Assembly (NCBI GenBank): GCA_963719225.1
Contig: CAVRAY010000001.1
Coordinates: forward strand, 2,880,001 to 2,944,000
DNA length: 64,000 bases
Reading direction: 5' to 3'
Source: Thermoanaerobaculia bacterium
Lineage (GTDB): Bacteria > Acidobacteriota > Thermoanaerobaculia > UBA5066
In this document: piece after piece, positions 23,439 to 32,504 of the stretch
Layout of the letters: the number at the start of each line of letters is the position of its first letter
Numbering within the stretch: position 1 is the stretch's first letter
Position numbers and translations under genes: made by a program
The notes under the pieces: generated by a model
Told to the model about the DNA's origin: nothing
Database searches by the model: none
Seen by the model: only the letters and a program-made list of their open reading frames with translations

Positions 23439-24725
23439 TCACGCGAAAAGCGCCTCCCACGCTTCCCAGAATCCCGGCCACGACTTCGCGACGACATCTG
23501 GATCGTCCAGCGTCGAACCTCGAGGCAACGCGAGCGCGAGGACGGCGGCCGACATGGCGACGCGGTGATCTCCGTGCGCCACGAATGCCGCCGCTCGCGG
23601 GAAACCCGTCGGGCCGTCCACGACGAGGACGGGGCCGTGCCTGTCTCTCTCCTCACGCGCCGCCGCGCCCGCGCGCGCGAGCAGATCGAGCGCGGCCGCG
23701 AGGCGGTCGGACTCCTTTTCGCGGAGGCGCGCGACGCCCGTCAGGCGCGACGTGCCGCCCGCGAAGGCGACGAGCGCCGCGAGCGGGAGCGCGGCATCCG
23801 GCGCGGCGTCGACGTCCGCGTCGACCGGAAGAAGCGCGCGCGCGCCGCCGTCCGGCCCCGCGACCGTAAGCGCCTCCTCGCCATCCGGCGCTTGCTCCCA
23901 CCCGAGCGTTCCGCCCGCGGCAGCCGCCCACGCCCGGAAGGCCGCGTCCGGCTGCTCCGAGTCGCGCGCGAGGCCGCGCAGCGTCACGCGTCCTCCGGAG
24001 ACGAGCGCGCCCGCGATGGGAAAGCAGGCGGCCGAATCGTCGCCGCTCACGCGAAAGCGCGCCGGTCGGTAGCCGCCGCCCGAAGACGCGCCGAATCCGT
24101 CGAGGACGCGCCGGGTCAGAGCGAGATACGACGCCGACGAAACCTGCCCTTCGACCTCCATCTCGATGCCGTCCGGAACGACGGGCGACACGAGCATGAG
24201 GGCCGACAGGAATTGCGAAGAGACGTCGCCGCGGATCTTCACGCGCCCGCCGCGCAGCGAGCCGCCGCGGATCGCGGCGGGAAGGAAGCCTTCGCGCACG
24301 AGACACGTCACGTCTCCACTCAGGGTTCGGATTGCTTCGAAGAGAGGGCCCATGGGGCGCTCGCGCAGGCGAGTCGTGCCGTCCAGGACGTAACGGCCGG
24401 GGATCGCTGCGAGGAGGGCGGCGAGGAAGCGCGCCGGCGTGCCCGCATCTCCGACGTCGACGGTCAACTCCGCCGCCGCATCGCCGCGGGGACGCAGCGG
24501 TCCGCGCACCCGCCAACTCACACCTTCTAAGAAAATTTCCGCTCCCAGGAGCCTCAGCGCCGCCGCGAGCGCTCGCGTGTCTGTCGAATCCAGCGGATCG
24601 AGCAGCTCGCTCTCGCCTTCCGCGAGCGCCGCGGCGGCGAGCGCACGGTTCGTCAGGCTCTTGCTGCCCGGGACGCGGAGACTTCCGGCGAGACGGCCTC
24701 CCGGAAGGAGTCGGGGAACGTTCAA
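23439..24725 (-). CDS. aroA: 3-phosphoshikimate 1-carboxyvinyltransferase (EPSP synthase)
   Basis: PGSKSLTNRAL, RERPM, SSQFLSAL, LREKESDR, DHRVAM, VAKSWPGFW. Confidence 0.96.
   Translation of the reverse strand: MNVPRLLPGGRLAGSLRVPGSKSLTNRALAAAALAEGESELLDPLDSTDTRALAAALRLLGAEIFLEGVSWRVRGPLRPRGDAAAELTVDVGDAGTPARFLAALLAAIPGRYVLDGTTRLRERPMGPLFEAIRTLSGDVTCLVREGFLPAAIRGGSLRGGRVKIRGDVSSQFLSALMLVSPVVPDGIEMEVEGQVSSASYLALTRRVLDGFGASSGGGYRPARFRVSGDDSAACFPIAGALVSGGRVTLRGLARDSEQPDAAFRAWAAAAGGTLGWEQAPDGEEALTVAGPDGGARALLPVDADVDAAPDAALPLAALVAFAGGTSRLTGVARLREKESDRLAAALDLLARAGAAAREERDRHGPVLVVDGPTGFPRAAAFVAHGDHRVAMSAAVLALALPRGSTLDDPDVVAKSWPGFWEAWEALFA
24525..24533 (+). repeat. Single copy of the dispersed motif inside aroA
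   Basis: caccTTCTAAGAAaattt. Confidence 0.75.
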
Positions 24726-25543
24726 GAGCCGGCTGCGGAGACCGGCGCCGGACCGCCCGTCTCGAGCGCGCCGAACCCGCGGCGGACCGCACGCGCGGCG
24801 GTTTCTTCCTCGACGATCGTGAGCGCACCGTCCGGTGCGATCTCGGCGTGCTTCCTCTCCTCGAGCCACGCGGGCAGGACGTGCGTGACGGACCCCTCGC
24901 CCGTCAAAGTCCGCGCCACGTGGAAGTGGCCCACGAGGAGCGCGTCGTATCCCGCCCGACGCGCGGCGCGGCCCTCGGCGAGGAGCGCGGCCTCGGGGAG
25001 CTTCTCCTTGTGCTTGAAGTTCGAGCGGTAGAGCCGGGCCTCGGTTCGCGAGACGATCGCGCGCGCCAGGGAGCCGGGAATCGCCTTCAGCGCGGCGTGC
25101 GCGACCGGATTCTTCGAAACCACCCGCCAGAACCGGTACGGCAGGTCGGCGGTGTTCACGCGATCTCCATGGACGAACGCGTAAGCCGACGGACCCACGC
25201 GAATCCCGTCGGTCAGCGCCCAGGACGCAAAAGGCGCGGCATAGGGCGATCCGGCGACGAAAAAATCGCGGTTCCCCTCGACGTACCGGAGCGAAAGTCC
25301 GCGTGACGCGACTCCTTGCAGTCCATCAAGCGTCTTTCTGAGGAGCGGGGTCTCGAGCTTGGAGTCGCCGATGAAGTAATGAAAGATGTCGCCGAGGAGG
25401 ACGGCCGTCGAAAATCCGCTCCTTCTCACCCCCTCGAGCGCCTCGAGAAAATCCTCCGCATCCCGCTCCACCTGCCCGAGATGTGCATCCGCGAAGACGG
25501 CCACGCCGCCCGCGACCTGCAGAGGTTGAGGAAAGTGCGTCAC
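24722..25543 (-). CDS. lpxH: UDP-2,3-diacylglucosamine hydrolase-like metallophosphoesterase
   Basis: DAHLG, LGDIF, EGNRDF, HGD, GHFH. Confidence 0.85.
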   Translation of the reverse strand: MTHFPQPLQVAGGVAVFADAHLGQVERDAEDFLEALEGVRRSGFSTAVLLGDIFHYFIGDSKLETPLLRKTLDGLQGVASRGLSLRYVEGNRDFFVAGSPYAAPFASWALTDGIRVGPSAYAFVHGDRVNTADLPYRFWRVVSKNPVAHAALKAIPGSLARAIVSRTEARLYRSNFKHKEKLPEAALLAEGRAARRAGYDALLVGHFHVARTLTGEGSVTHVLPAWLEERKHAEIAPDGALTIVEEETAARAVRRGFGALETGGPAPVSAAGS

Positions 25544-25615
25544 GGTGAGATCTTACCGGCTGAGATCACTTCGGGCACGCCGGTTGCACGGGACGTCGTG
25601 TCCCGTGCCCTCCAG

Positions 25616-28603
25616 ATGAACGTTCGAGCCCTTTACCGGTCCGCGGCCGTCGCCGCACTCGCCCTTGCGTCTCTCTCGGCGCAGGCGGCGGTCGTCTCGT
25701 CCGAGGTCGAAGCGCGCGCGAGGTCCGGACAGTCGCGGATTCCGATCCTCGTATCGCTTCGGGCAGGGGCGGAGCGTCCGGGCCTGACGCTGACTCGCCG
25801 CCTCGTGAACGCGAACGTCGTCGCGGGCTGGGCGACGCCGGCGGACATCGCCGCACTCGCCGCGCATCCGGACATTCTCCACGTCGGTTTCGATCGCCTC
25901 GTCCGGCCGGCAGGACAGATCGGAACGGCGCAGATGGGAGCGGACAGGTTGCTCGGTCTCGGCGTAACGGGACTGGGCCGGAGCGTCGCGATCGTCGATA
26001 GCGGAATCGACCTCGCCCATCCCGACCTGAAGCCGCCGACGACGTCGGGCTGGCCCGGATGGAACTTCGCCGACGACAACGGGGACCTCGCCGACTGCAA
26101 CGGCCACGGGACGGAGGTCGCCGGGGTGGTCGCAGGACCTCAGGGCGTCGCGCCGGAGGCGGGCCTCGTCGTCCTGAAGGTCTTCAGCCTCAACGACGGA
26201 TGCCGCAATACGCGCGCATCGGACGTCCTCGCCGCCGTCGACTGGGCCGTCTCCAACCGCGACGCCTGGAGCATCGAGGCCATCAACCTCAGCCTCGCCG
26301 ACGATTCCTCCCACAGCGGCTTTTGCGACGCGGACGACCCCGCCGGCGCGGCGACGTTCGCCGCCGTACGCGCGGCCGGCCTCGCCGCCGTGGCCGCCTC
26401 TGGAAACGACGGCAAGTCCTCCGGGCTGCCCTGGCCCGCGTGTCTCTCGAACGTGGCCGCGGTCGGGATGGTGTACTCCGCCTCCTCGGGCAGCGTGGCG
26501 TGGAGCGGCCCTCCCTCGTGCGAGGACTCCCTTTCCGGTCCCGACGTCGTGCCGTGTGCAAGCTCGTCGGGCCCGGGCCTTTCGATGCTCGCGCCGGGTG
26601 TCGGATGGACGACGACCGCTTCGGGAGGCGGCCGGACCGCAATCTTCTCCGGCACGTCGGCGTCGGCGCCGGCCGCGACCGCCGCCGTCCTGCTCACGCG
26701 ACAGGCCCGGCCGCTGGCGGATCCGGCGCTCGCGTTCGACCTCCTGCGCGCCACCGGCGTTCCCGTTCTCGACAACCGCACGGACCGCATCACGCCTCGC
26801 CTCGATCTTTCCGCGGCCCTGAACGCGACGAGTCCCGTCGGCTCGTGCGCGGACACGGCAATTCCCGACGGCACGGGAGAGCTCGTCTGCGAGGCCTCCA
26901 TCTCGGCGTTGACGGGCCGCGTGTCCTCGGTCGCCGTCGCCCTGTCGGTCGACCATCCCGACATTTCGCAGCTCATCGTGTCGCTGAGCGGTCCCGACGG
27001 GACGAACATCCTGCTCATGAACCGCGGCGGGCGGCGGGGGGACGCGCTGCGCGAGGTTTTCGGCCGCACGAAAGAGCCTCTCGAGCCTCTCTCGGCCTTC
27101 GCGGGCCGGCCGGCCGCGGGCGCGTGGCGGCTTCGCATTCTCGACGCAGCGCCCGGCGCCGGCGCGGGACGCGTCGTCTCGTGGGCTCTCCTCGTCGAGC
27201 CGGAGGCCCCGGCCGGCGATGCGCCTTTTTCGTTTGCCACGGGGGTGATCGCGTCCTCCGCCCACTCGATCGGCAGGCTCGGCGCGTTCTTCACGACGGA
27301 CCTCCGCCTCTTCAACACGGATCCGGCGAATCCCCGCACGGTCTCCCTGAGGTTCCAGCCGGCGGACGCCAGCCCGGCGCGCACCGTCTCGCTGACCCTG
27401 GCGCCGCTCTCCGCGCGCGCTCTCGACGACGTCCTCGGCAACACGTTCCGCACGTCGGGTTACGGACCGCTGTTCCTCTCCGGGCCGGCGTCCGTGATTG
27501 CCGCATCGCACACCGCCACGACCGCCGTGCGCGGAGGCTCTTTCGGCCTCTCGATTCCGTCGGCACGACCTTCCGCAGCGGCCGGGACCGGCTCGACGCT
27601 CACGCTCGTGCCCGTCTTCCGCAACACGGGCTTTCGCGTGAACGTCGGTCTCACCGAGGTTACGGGCCAGGAGGTCGTGGCCGAGATCGTAGTGAAGGAC
27701 GGGCACGGTGCGGTGCGTGCCGTGCTCCCCCAGACGGTCCCGGGCGGAGGACTCCAGCAGGTGAACGACGTCTACACGGTCGCGCACCTCCTCCCGGACG
27801 CCGCGGACCGATTCGAGATTCGTGTCGTCTCCGGCACGGGACGGGTCATTCCCTTCGCGACTCCGGTCGACGACTCCTCGAACGACGGAGCGTTCGCGGG
27901 GGCCGCGGTGGCGGGCTCGGACCTCCTCATCCCCGCGGTCGCCCGGGCCGATGGGCGCTTCGGCGCGCGCTACGTGACCGACCTGAAGGTCGCGAACACA
28001 GGAGCGTCGCCGGCTCGCGTGAAGGTCTCCCTCTTCGCCACGACGGGGGGAGCTTTCTCCCCGGTGCTCGTCACGCTCGCCGGCGGCGAGACGCGCTTTC
28101 TGGACGATGCCCTCGGCCAGCTCTTCTCTCCGGCCGCGGACGTATCGGGGGCGCTGCGCCTCACCGCGCTCGACGGCGCCGCCATCTTCGCCTCGAGCCG
28201 CACGTACACGCTCGACGGCACCCGAAGCTACGGGGTCGCGATCGAGCCGCTCTCCGGCGCCGGCGAAGCGGGCCCGGGGCGAACGCTCGCGCTCACTTTC
28301 CTGTCGGGCTCCTCGCGTCAGCGCACGAACGTCGGGTTCGTCGAGACGGCCGGCCGAGCGACGAGCCTCCGCGTCTCGCTCCTGACCTCGTACGGCGTCG
28401 CGGTCGCGACGCGCGCGCTCACCCTCGGCCCGAACGAGGCGGTCCAGTGGAGCGACGTTTTCGCGGAGATGTCGACGCCGGCCCTCGAGCAGGCGTCTCT
28501 CCTCGTCGACGTCCTTGACGGCGGCACCGCGACGGCCTGGGCGACGCTCGTCGACAACCGCACGAACGACGGCAGCTACTTTCCGGCGACGCTCGTCCCC
28601 TGA
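25616..28603 (+). CDS. Secreted S8 subtilase with proprotein-convertase P-domain and a duplicated C-terminal beta-rich module
   Basis: Signal peptide; triad DSGID / HGTEVAG / GTSASAP; oxyanion SGN; P-domain (H..ISQL..SL.GPDG...G.WRL); repeated G..GA.(F/Y).TDL...N unit. Confidence 0.9.
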   Translation: MNVRALYRSAAVAALALASLSAQAAVVSSEVEARARSGQSRIPILVSLRAGAERPGLTLTRRLVNANVVAGWATPADIAALAAHPDILHVGFDRLVRPAGQIGTAQMGADRLLGLGVTGLGRSVAIVDSGIDLAHPDLKPPTTSGWPGWNFADDNGDLADCNGHGTEVAGVVAGPQGVAPEAGLVVLKVFSLNDGCRNTRASDVLAAVDWAVSNRDAWSIEAINLSLADDSSHSGFCDADDPAGAATFAAVRAAGLAAVAASGNDGKSSGLPWPACLSNVAAVGMVYSASSGSVAWSGPPSCEDSLSGPDVVPCASSSGPGLSMLAPGVGWTTTASGGGRTAIFSGTSASAPAATAAVLLTRQARPLADPALAFDLLRATGVPVLDNRTDRITPRLDLSAALNATSPVGSCADTAIPDGTGELVCEASISALTGRVSSVAVALSVDHPDISQLIVSLSGPDGTNILLMNRGGRRGDALREVFGRTKEPLEPLSAFAGRPAAGAWRLRILDAAPGAGAGRVVSWALLVEPEAPAGDAPFSFATGVIASSAHSIGRLGAFFTTDLRLFNTDPANPRTVSLRFQPADASPARTVSLTLAPLSARALDDVLGNTFRTSGYGPLFLSGPASVIAASHTATTAVRGGSFGLSIPSARPSAAAGTGSTLTLVPVFRNTGFRVNVGLTEVTGQEVVAEIVVKDGHGAVRAVLPQTVPGGGLQQVNDVYTVAHLLPDAADRFEIRVVSGTGRVIPFATPVDDSSNDGAFAGAAVAGSDLLIPAVARADGRFGARYVTDLKVANTGASPARVKVSLFATTGGAFSPVLVTLAGGETRFLDDALGQLFSPAADVSGALRLTALDGAAIFASSRTYTLDGTRSYGVAIEPLSGAGEAGPGRTLALTFLSGSSRQRTNVGFVETAGRATSLRVSLLTSYGVAVATRALTLGPNEAVQWSDVFAEMSTPALEQASLLVDVLDGGTATAWATLVDNRTNDGSYFPATLVP

Positions 28604-28646
28604 AACGCTGCTCCGCGTCATTCGGGCGGACGTAGACTTCCCCGCC

Positions 28647-29084
28647 ATGAAGATCTCTCTCGGCTGCGACCACGCCGGCTTCCGGTACAAAGAGAAAATC
28701 AAGACGCACCTTCTCAACTTGGGTCATGAGATCAAGGACTGCGGCACGTTCTCGGCCGACATGGTGGACTATCCCGTGTTCGTCCGGCCCGCCGCCGAGG
28801 CGGTCGCCGGCGGCGAATGCGCGCGCGGAATCGTCCTGGGCGGCTCGGGAAACGGCGAGGCCATCTGCGCGAACAAGGTCCGCGGGGTGCGCTGCGCGCT
28901 GTGCTGGAACGAGGCGACCGCGAAAGCCTGCCGCGAGCACAACGACGCGAACGTCCTCTCCCTCGGCGAACGGATGATCCCCCTGGAGACGGCGCTCGCG
29001 ATCGTCCGGATCTTCCTCGAGACGCCGTTCGAGCCGGGTGCCGGCGGCGGCCGCCACGCCCGCCGCATCGCGATGCTCGAATGA
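28647..29084 (+). CDS. rpiB: Ribose-5-phosphate isomerase B
   Basis: GCDHAG, DYP, GSGNG, ANKVRGVRCA, HNDANVL, RH.RRI. Confidence 0.96.
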   Translation: MKISLGCDHAGFRYKEKIKTHLLNLGHEIKDCGTFSADMVDYPVFVRPAAEAVAGGECARGIVLGGSGNGEAICANKVRGVRCALCWNEATAKACREHNDANVLSLGERMIPLETALAIVRIFLETPFEPGAGGGRHARRIAMLE

Positions 29085-29121
29085 TCCGTCGCGGGCGCGG
29101 TCCTGCTATCGTCCGCCGCCC

Positions 29122-30756
29122 GTGATCGCACTCTCCGAAATCAACAAGCAGTACGGCCGCCAGGTCCTCTTCGTCGACGCCTCCTTTCAGCTCAACGCCG
29201 GCGAGAAGACCGGCCTCGTCGGCCCGAACGGCTCCGGCAAGACGACGATCTTCCGCCTCATCACGGGCGAGGAGCACGCCGACGACGGGGACGTCTCCGT
29301 GCCGAAGAAGCTCTCGATCGGTTACTTCAAGCAGGAGATCGACGAGATGGAAGGTTGGCCCGTTCTGGACGAGGCGATCGCGGGCAGCGGCCGCCTCGGC
29401 GACCTCCATCACGAGCTCATCGGGCTCGAGCACGCGCTCGCGGACCCGGAACGCGCGGCCGAGGCAGAGCACCTCCTGGCGCGGTTCGGCGACGTGCAGT
29501 CCGAGTACCAGACGCTCGGCGGGTACGAGCTGGAGGCGCGTGCCCGCGAGGTCCTCCACGGGCTCGGTTTCGACGACGCGCGCGTCGACGGGGACGTCGG
29601 AGAGCTTTCCGGCGGCTGGAAGATGCGCGTCGCGATGGCGAAGGTGCTCCTCGGCAGACCCGACGTTCTCCTCATGGACGAGCCCACGAACCACCTCGAC
29701 ATCGAATCCATCATCTGGCTCGAGGAGTACCTCGCGGGCTTTCCGGGCTCTCTCCTCATGACCTGCCACGACCGGGACTTCATGAACCGCGTGGTCACGA
29801 AAGTCGTCGAGATCGACGCCGGAGAGCTCGTGACGTACTCGGGGAACTACGACTTCTACGAGCGGGAGAGGACCCTGCGAGACGCGCAGCGGGAAGCCGC
29901 CTTCGCCCGGCAGCAGGCGATGCTCGCGAAAGAACAGCGCTTCATCGAGCGCTTCCAGACGCATGCCGCGAAGGCCGCCCAGGTCCAGAGCCGGGTCAAG
30001 AAGCTCGAGAAGATCGAGACGATCGAGCTCCCGAAAAAGCGCGCCGTCGTGCGTTTCGACTTCAAGCCGCCGCCGCGCTCCGGCGACGACGTGGCGATCC
30101 TCGAGAAGATCTCGAAGGCCTACGGGACGAGACGCCTCTACACCGGGTTCGATTTCCTGGTCCGGCGCGGCGAGCGCTGGTGCGTCATGGGCGTGAACGG
30201 CGCCGGGAAGACGACGCTCCTGAAGATGGTCGCGGGGGTCCTCCCTCCCGACGGCGGCACGGTACGGCTCGGCGCGAGCGTGAGGCTCGGCTATTTCTCG
30301 CAGCAAGCCCTCGATCTCCTCGACCCCGGGCTGACCGTCCTCGAGCAGGTCCAGAAGGACTTCCCCGCGGCCGGTCTCGGCGTATTGCGCGCGCTCGTCG
30401 GCGCGTTCCAGTTTTCCGGCGACGACGTGGACAAGAAGGTCCGCTTCCTGTCCGGAGGCGAGAAGTCGCGCCTCGTGATGGCGCGGATGCTCTTCGATCC
30501 TCCGAATTTCCTCGTTCTCGACGAGCCCACGAACCATCTCGACCTCGCCACGAAGGAAATGCTCGTCGTGGCTCTCTCGAAGTTCGACGGGACGATGCTC
30601 TTCGTCTCGCACGACCGCACGTTCCTGCGCGGCCTCGCGAACCGTGTCCTCGAGCTGACCGGCGAGGACGGCACGGCCGCGCCGCACGCGTACGGAGGGT
30701 CCTACGTGGAGTGGGTGGCGCGCACCGGCCACGAGGCTCCCGGCGTGCACGCATAA
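29122..30756 (+). CDS. ABC-F family ATP-binding protein
   Basis: Two NBDs (GPNGSGKT, LSGGW, DEPTNHLD; GVNGAGKT, LSGGEK), no TM segments. Confidence 0.95.
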   Translation: MIALSEINKQYGRQVLFVDASFQLNAGEKTGLVGPNGSGKTTIFRLITGEEHADDGDVSVPKKLSIGYFKQEIDEMEGWPVLDEAIAGSGRLGDLHHELIGLEHALADPERAAEAEHLLARFGDVQSEYQTLGGYELEARAREVLHGLGFDDARVDGDVGELSGGWKMRVAMAKVLLGRPDVLLMDEPTNHLDIESIIWLEEYLAGFPGSLLMTCHDRDFMNRVVTKVVEIDAGELVTYSGNYDFYERERTLRDAQREAAFARQQAMLAKEQRFIERFQTHAAKAAQVQSRVKKLEKIETIELPKKRAVVRFDFKPPPRSGDDVAILEKISKAYGTRRLYTGFDFLVRRGERWCVMGVNGAGKTTLLKMVAGVLPPDGGTVRLGASVRLGYFSQQALDLLDPGLTVLEQVQKDFPAAGLGVLRALVGAFQFSGDDVDKKVRFLSGGEKSRLVMARMLFDPPNFLVLDEPTNHLDLATKEMLVVALSKFDGTMLFVSHDRTFLRGLANRVLELTGEDGTAAPHAYGGSYVEWVARTGHEAPGVHA

Positions 30757-30764
30757 TCGGCCGA

Positions 30765-32504
30765 ATGTCGCGCGCGCGGTTCGCGGCGGCCCTCGCCGCC
30801 GTCGTCCTTCTCGCTTTGCTGGGAGGCGAACGCGCGCGGTTCTCTCTCTGGACGACCTCGGACGAGCCTGCGCACCTCGCGGCCGCGCGCGAGTGGCGTT
30901 ACGGGCCCGGCATGGTCTCGAACTTCGAGCACCCGGTCCTCATGAAGGTCCTCGCGGGAGTCTTCCTCCCGCGCGAGGTCCCCGCCATGGAGATCGACGA
31001 GACGCGCACCGGCCGCACGCCCATGCCCTTCGTGTTCGCCGGCCTCGCCCTCGTCAGCGGCCTTTTCGCGCGCGCCCTCGCGGGAGACCTCGCGGGCATC
31101 GCCGCCGCCGCGCTCGTCGCCGTCGAGCCCACGCTGCGCGGCCACGGCGCCCTCGTCCAGAGCGACGCCCTCGTGACGTTCTTTCTGGTGGCGGCGGCGC
31201 TCGCGCTGGAATACGCGGCGCGCGGCGCGCGCCGCGAACGCGAGGCGAGAACGTGGCTCGTGGCGAGCGGCTTCCTCTACGGCTTCGCGATGGCGTCGAA
31301 ATATTCTGCTTTCCCGTTCCTCGCGGTGTTTGCTGCGATTGCTGCCTTTCGGCTCGCATCAGGCAGTTTTTCTTTGAACGTACGCCCCAGCCCTCTTCAC
31401 CTTCTAAGAAATTCTCTTCGTGCTCTCCCTTCGGTCCTTCTCTTTTTTGTAATTCCCGCCCTCGTGACCCTCTTTCTCATCCAATTCCTCACATTCTTCG
31501 GCACGAGTGATACCGCGTTTCGCGCGGGAATCGCGCACGAGTTCTCCGGCCTCCCGCAGGAGCGCGCCGTGGTCGCGCTGGCGCGCACGTTCCCGAAGTC
31601 GATCGCGGCGTACGGCGCGGGACTGCTCTTCGTGCAGGGCGTCGCAGGCCCCGGCGAACGCTTCAACTACTTCTTCGGTGAGATCTCGGGCCGGGGACAT
31701 GCGCTCTATTTCCCCGTCGCCCTGGGAATCAAGCTCACGACGGCGAGCGTCCTTCTCGTCCTCGCGGCGCTCGTCGCTGCGGTCGTTCTCGCCGCCCGGG
31801 GTTCGCGCTTCCGGAGCCTTCTCGCCGCACGCACGTCTCTTCCGGCCGTGCTCGGCGGAGCCTATCTCCTCGCGGCGTGCGCCTCGAACGTGAACATCGG
31901 CGTCCGCCACGCATTACCCGTGGTCCCGTTCGCGATCGTCGCCGCGGTCGGGACCCTTCGGACGCTCGTTCTCCGGCGCCGGACGCTCGCGCTCGCGCTC
32001 GCCGCCGTCGTCCTCGCCGCCACGGGTGAGGCCGTACTGCGGCTCGGCCGGGAGATCTCGTTCGGGAATCTCCTCTGCGGAGGCCCCGCCGGCATTCCGG
32101 CAATCCTCTCGGACTCGAACGTGGACTGGGGTCAGGAGGAAGGGAAGATCTTCGAGCGCGTCCGGCAGGGCGACCTGGGGCGCGTCGGCCTCGCGTCGCT
32201 CATGGTGGACGAGTCGGGCGCGCGTGCCGTGGGAATCGCGGGACAGGTCACGGCGCCGGACGCGCCGGTCGACACCGTCTTTTTCTCGCGTTTCCTCTGG
32301 GACAACGCGGCCGCGATCGAGAAGAACACGGAAACCTGGTCGAAGTTCGTCTGGCTGCGCGGCTGGCTGCCGCCGCTCAGGCGGGGGCTCGAAGCACGCG
32401 CGGTTTCGATCGAGCCCTTCGGGGATTCGCAGCTCCTGATCCGCCTCCGCCCCGAGACCCCGACTACGGCTTCCCCGTCCGTGCCGCCCGCGCCCACGCG
32501 GTGA
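30765..32504 (+). CDS. GT-C (ArnT/PMT-like) membrane glycosyltransferase
   Basis: TSDEPAH, EHPVLMK, SKYS, IGVRHALP, DSNVDWGQ; many TM helices. Confidence 0.8.
   Translation: MSRARFAAALAAVVLLALLGGERARFSLWTTSDEPAHLAAAREWRYGPGMVSNFEHPVLMKVLAGVFLPREVPAMEIDETRTGRTPMPFVFAGLALVSGLFARALAGDLAGIAAAALVAVEPTLRGHGALVQSDALVTFFLVAAALALEYAARGARREREARTWLVASGFLYGFAMASKYSAFPFLAVFAAIAAFRLASGSFSLNVRPSPLHLLRNSLRALPSVLLFFVIPALVTLFLIQFLTFFGTSDTAFRAGIAHEFSGLPQERAVVALARTFPKSIAAYGAGLLFVQGVAGPGERFNYFFGEISGRGHALYFPVALGIKLTTASVLLVLAALVAAVVLAARGSRFRSLLAARTSLPAVLGGAYLLAACASNVNIGVRHALPVVPFAIVAAVGTLRTLVLRRRTLALALAAVVLAATGEAVLRLGREISFGNLLCGGPAGIPAILSDSNVDWGQEEGKIFERVRQGDLGRVGLASLMVDESGARAVGIAGQVTAPDAPVDTVFFSRFLWDNAAAIEKNTETWSKFVWLRGWLPPLRRGLEARAVSIEPFGDSQLLIRLRPETPTTASPSVPPAPTR
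31402..31410 (+). repeat. Copy of the dispersed motif in an AT-rich patch of the GT-C gene
   Basis: ctcttcaccTTCTAAGAAattctc. Confidence 0.75.
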
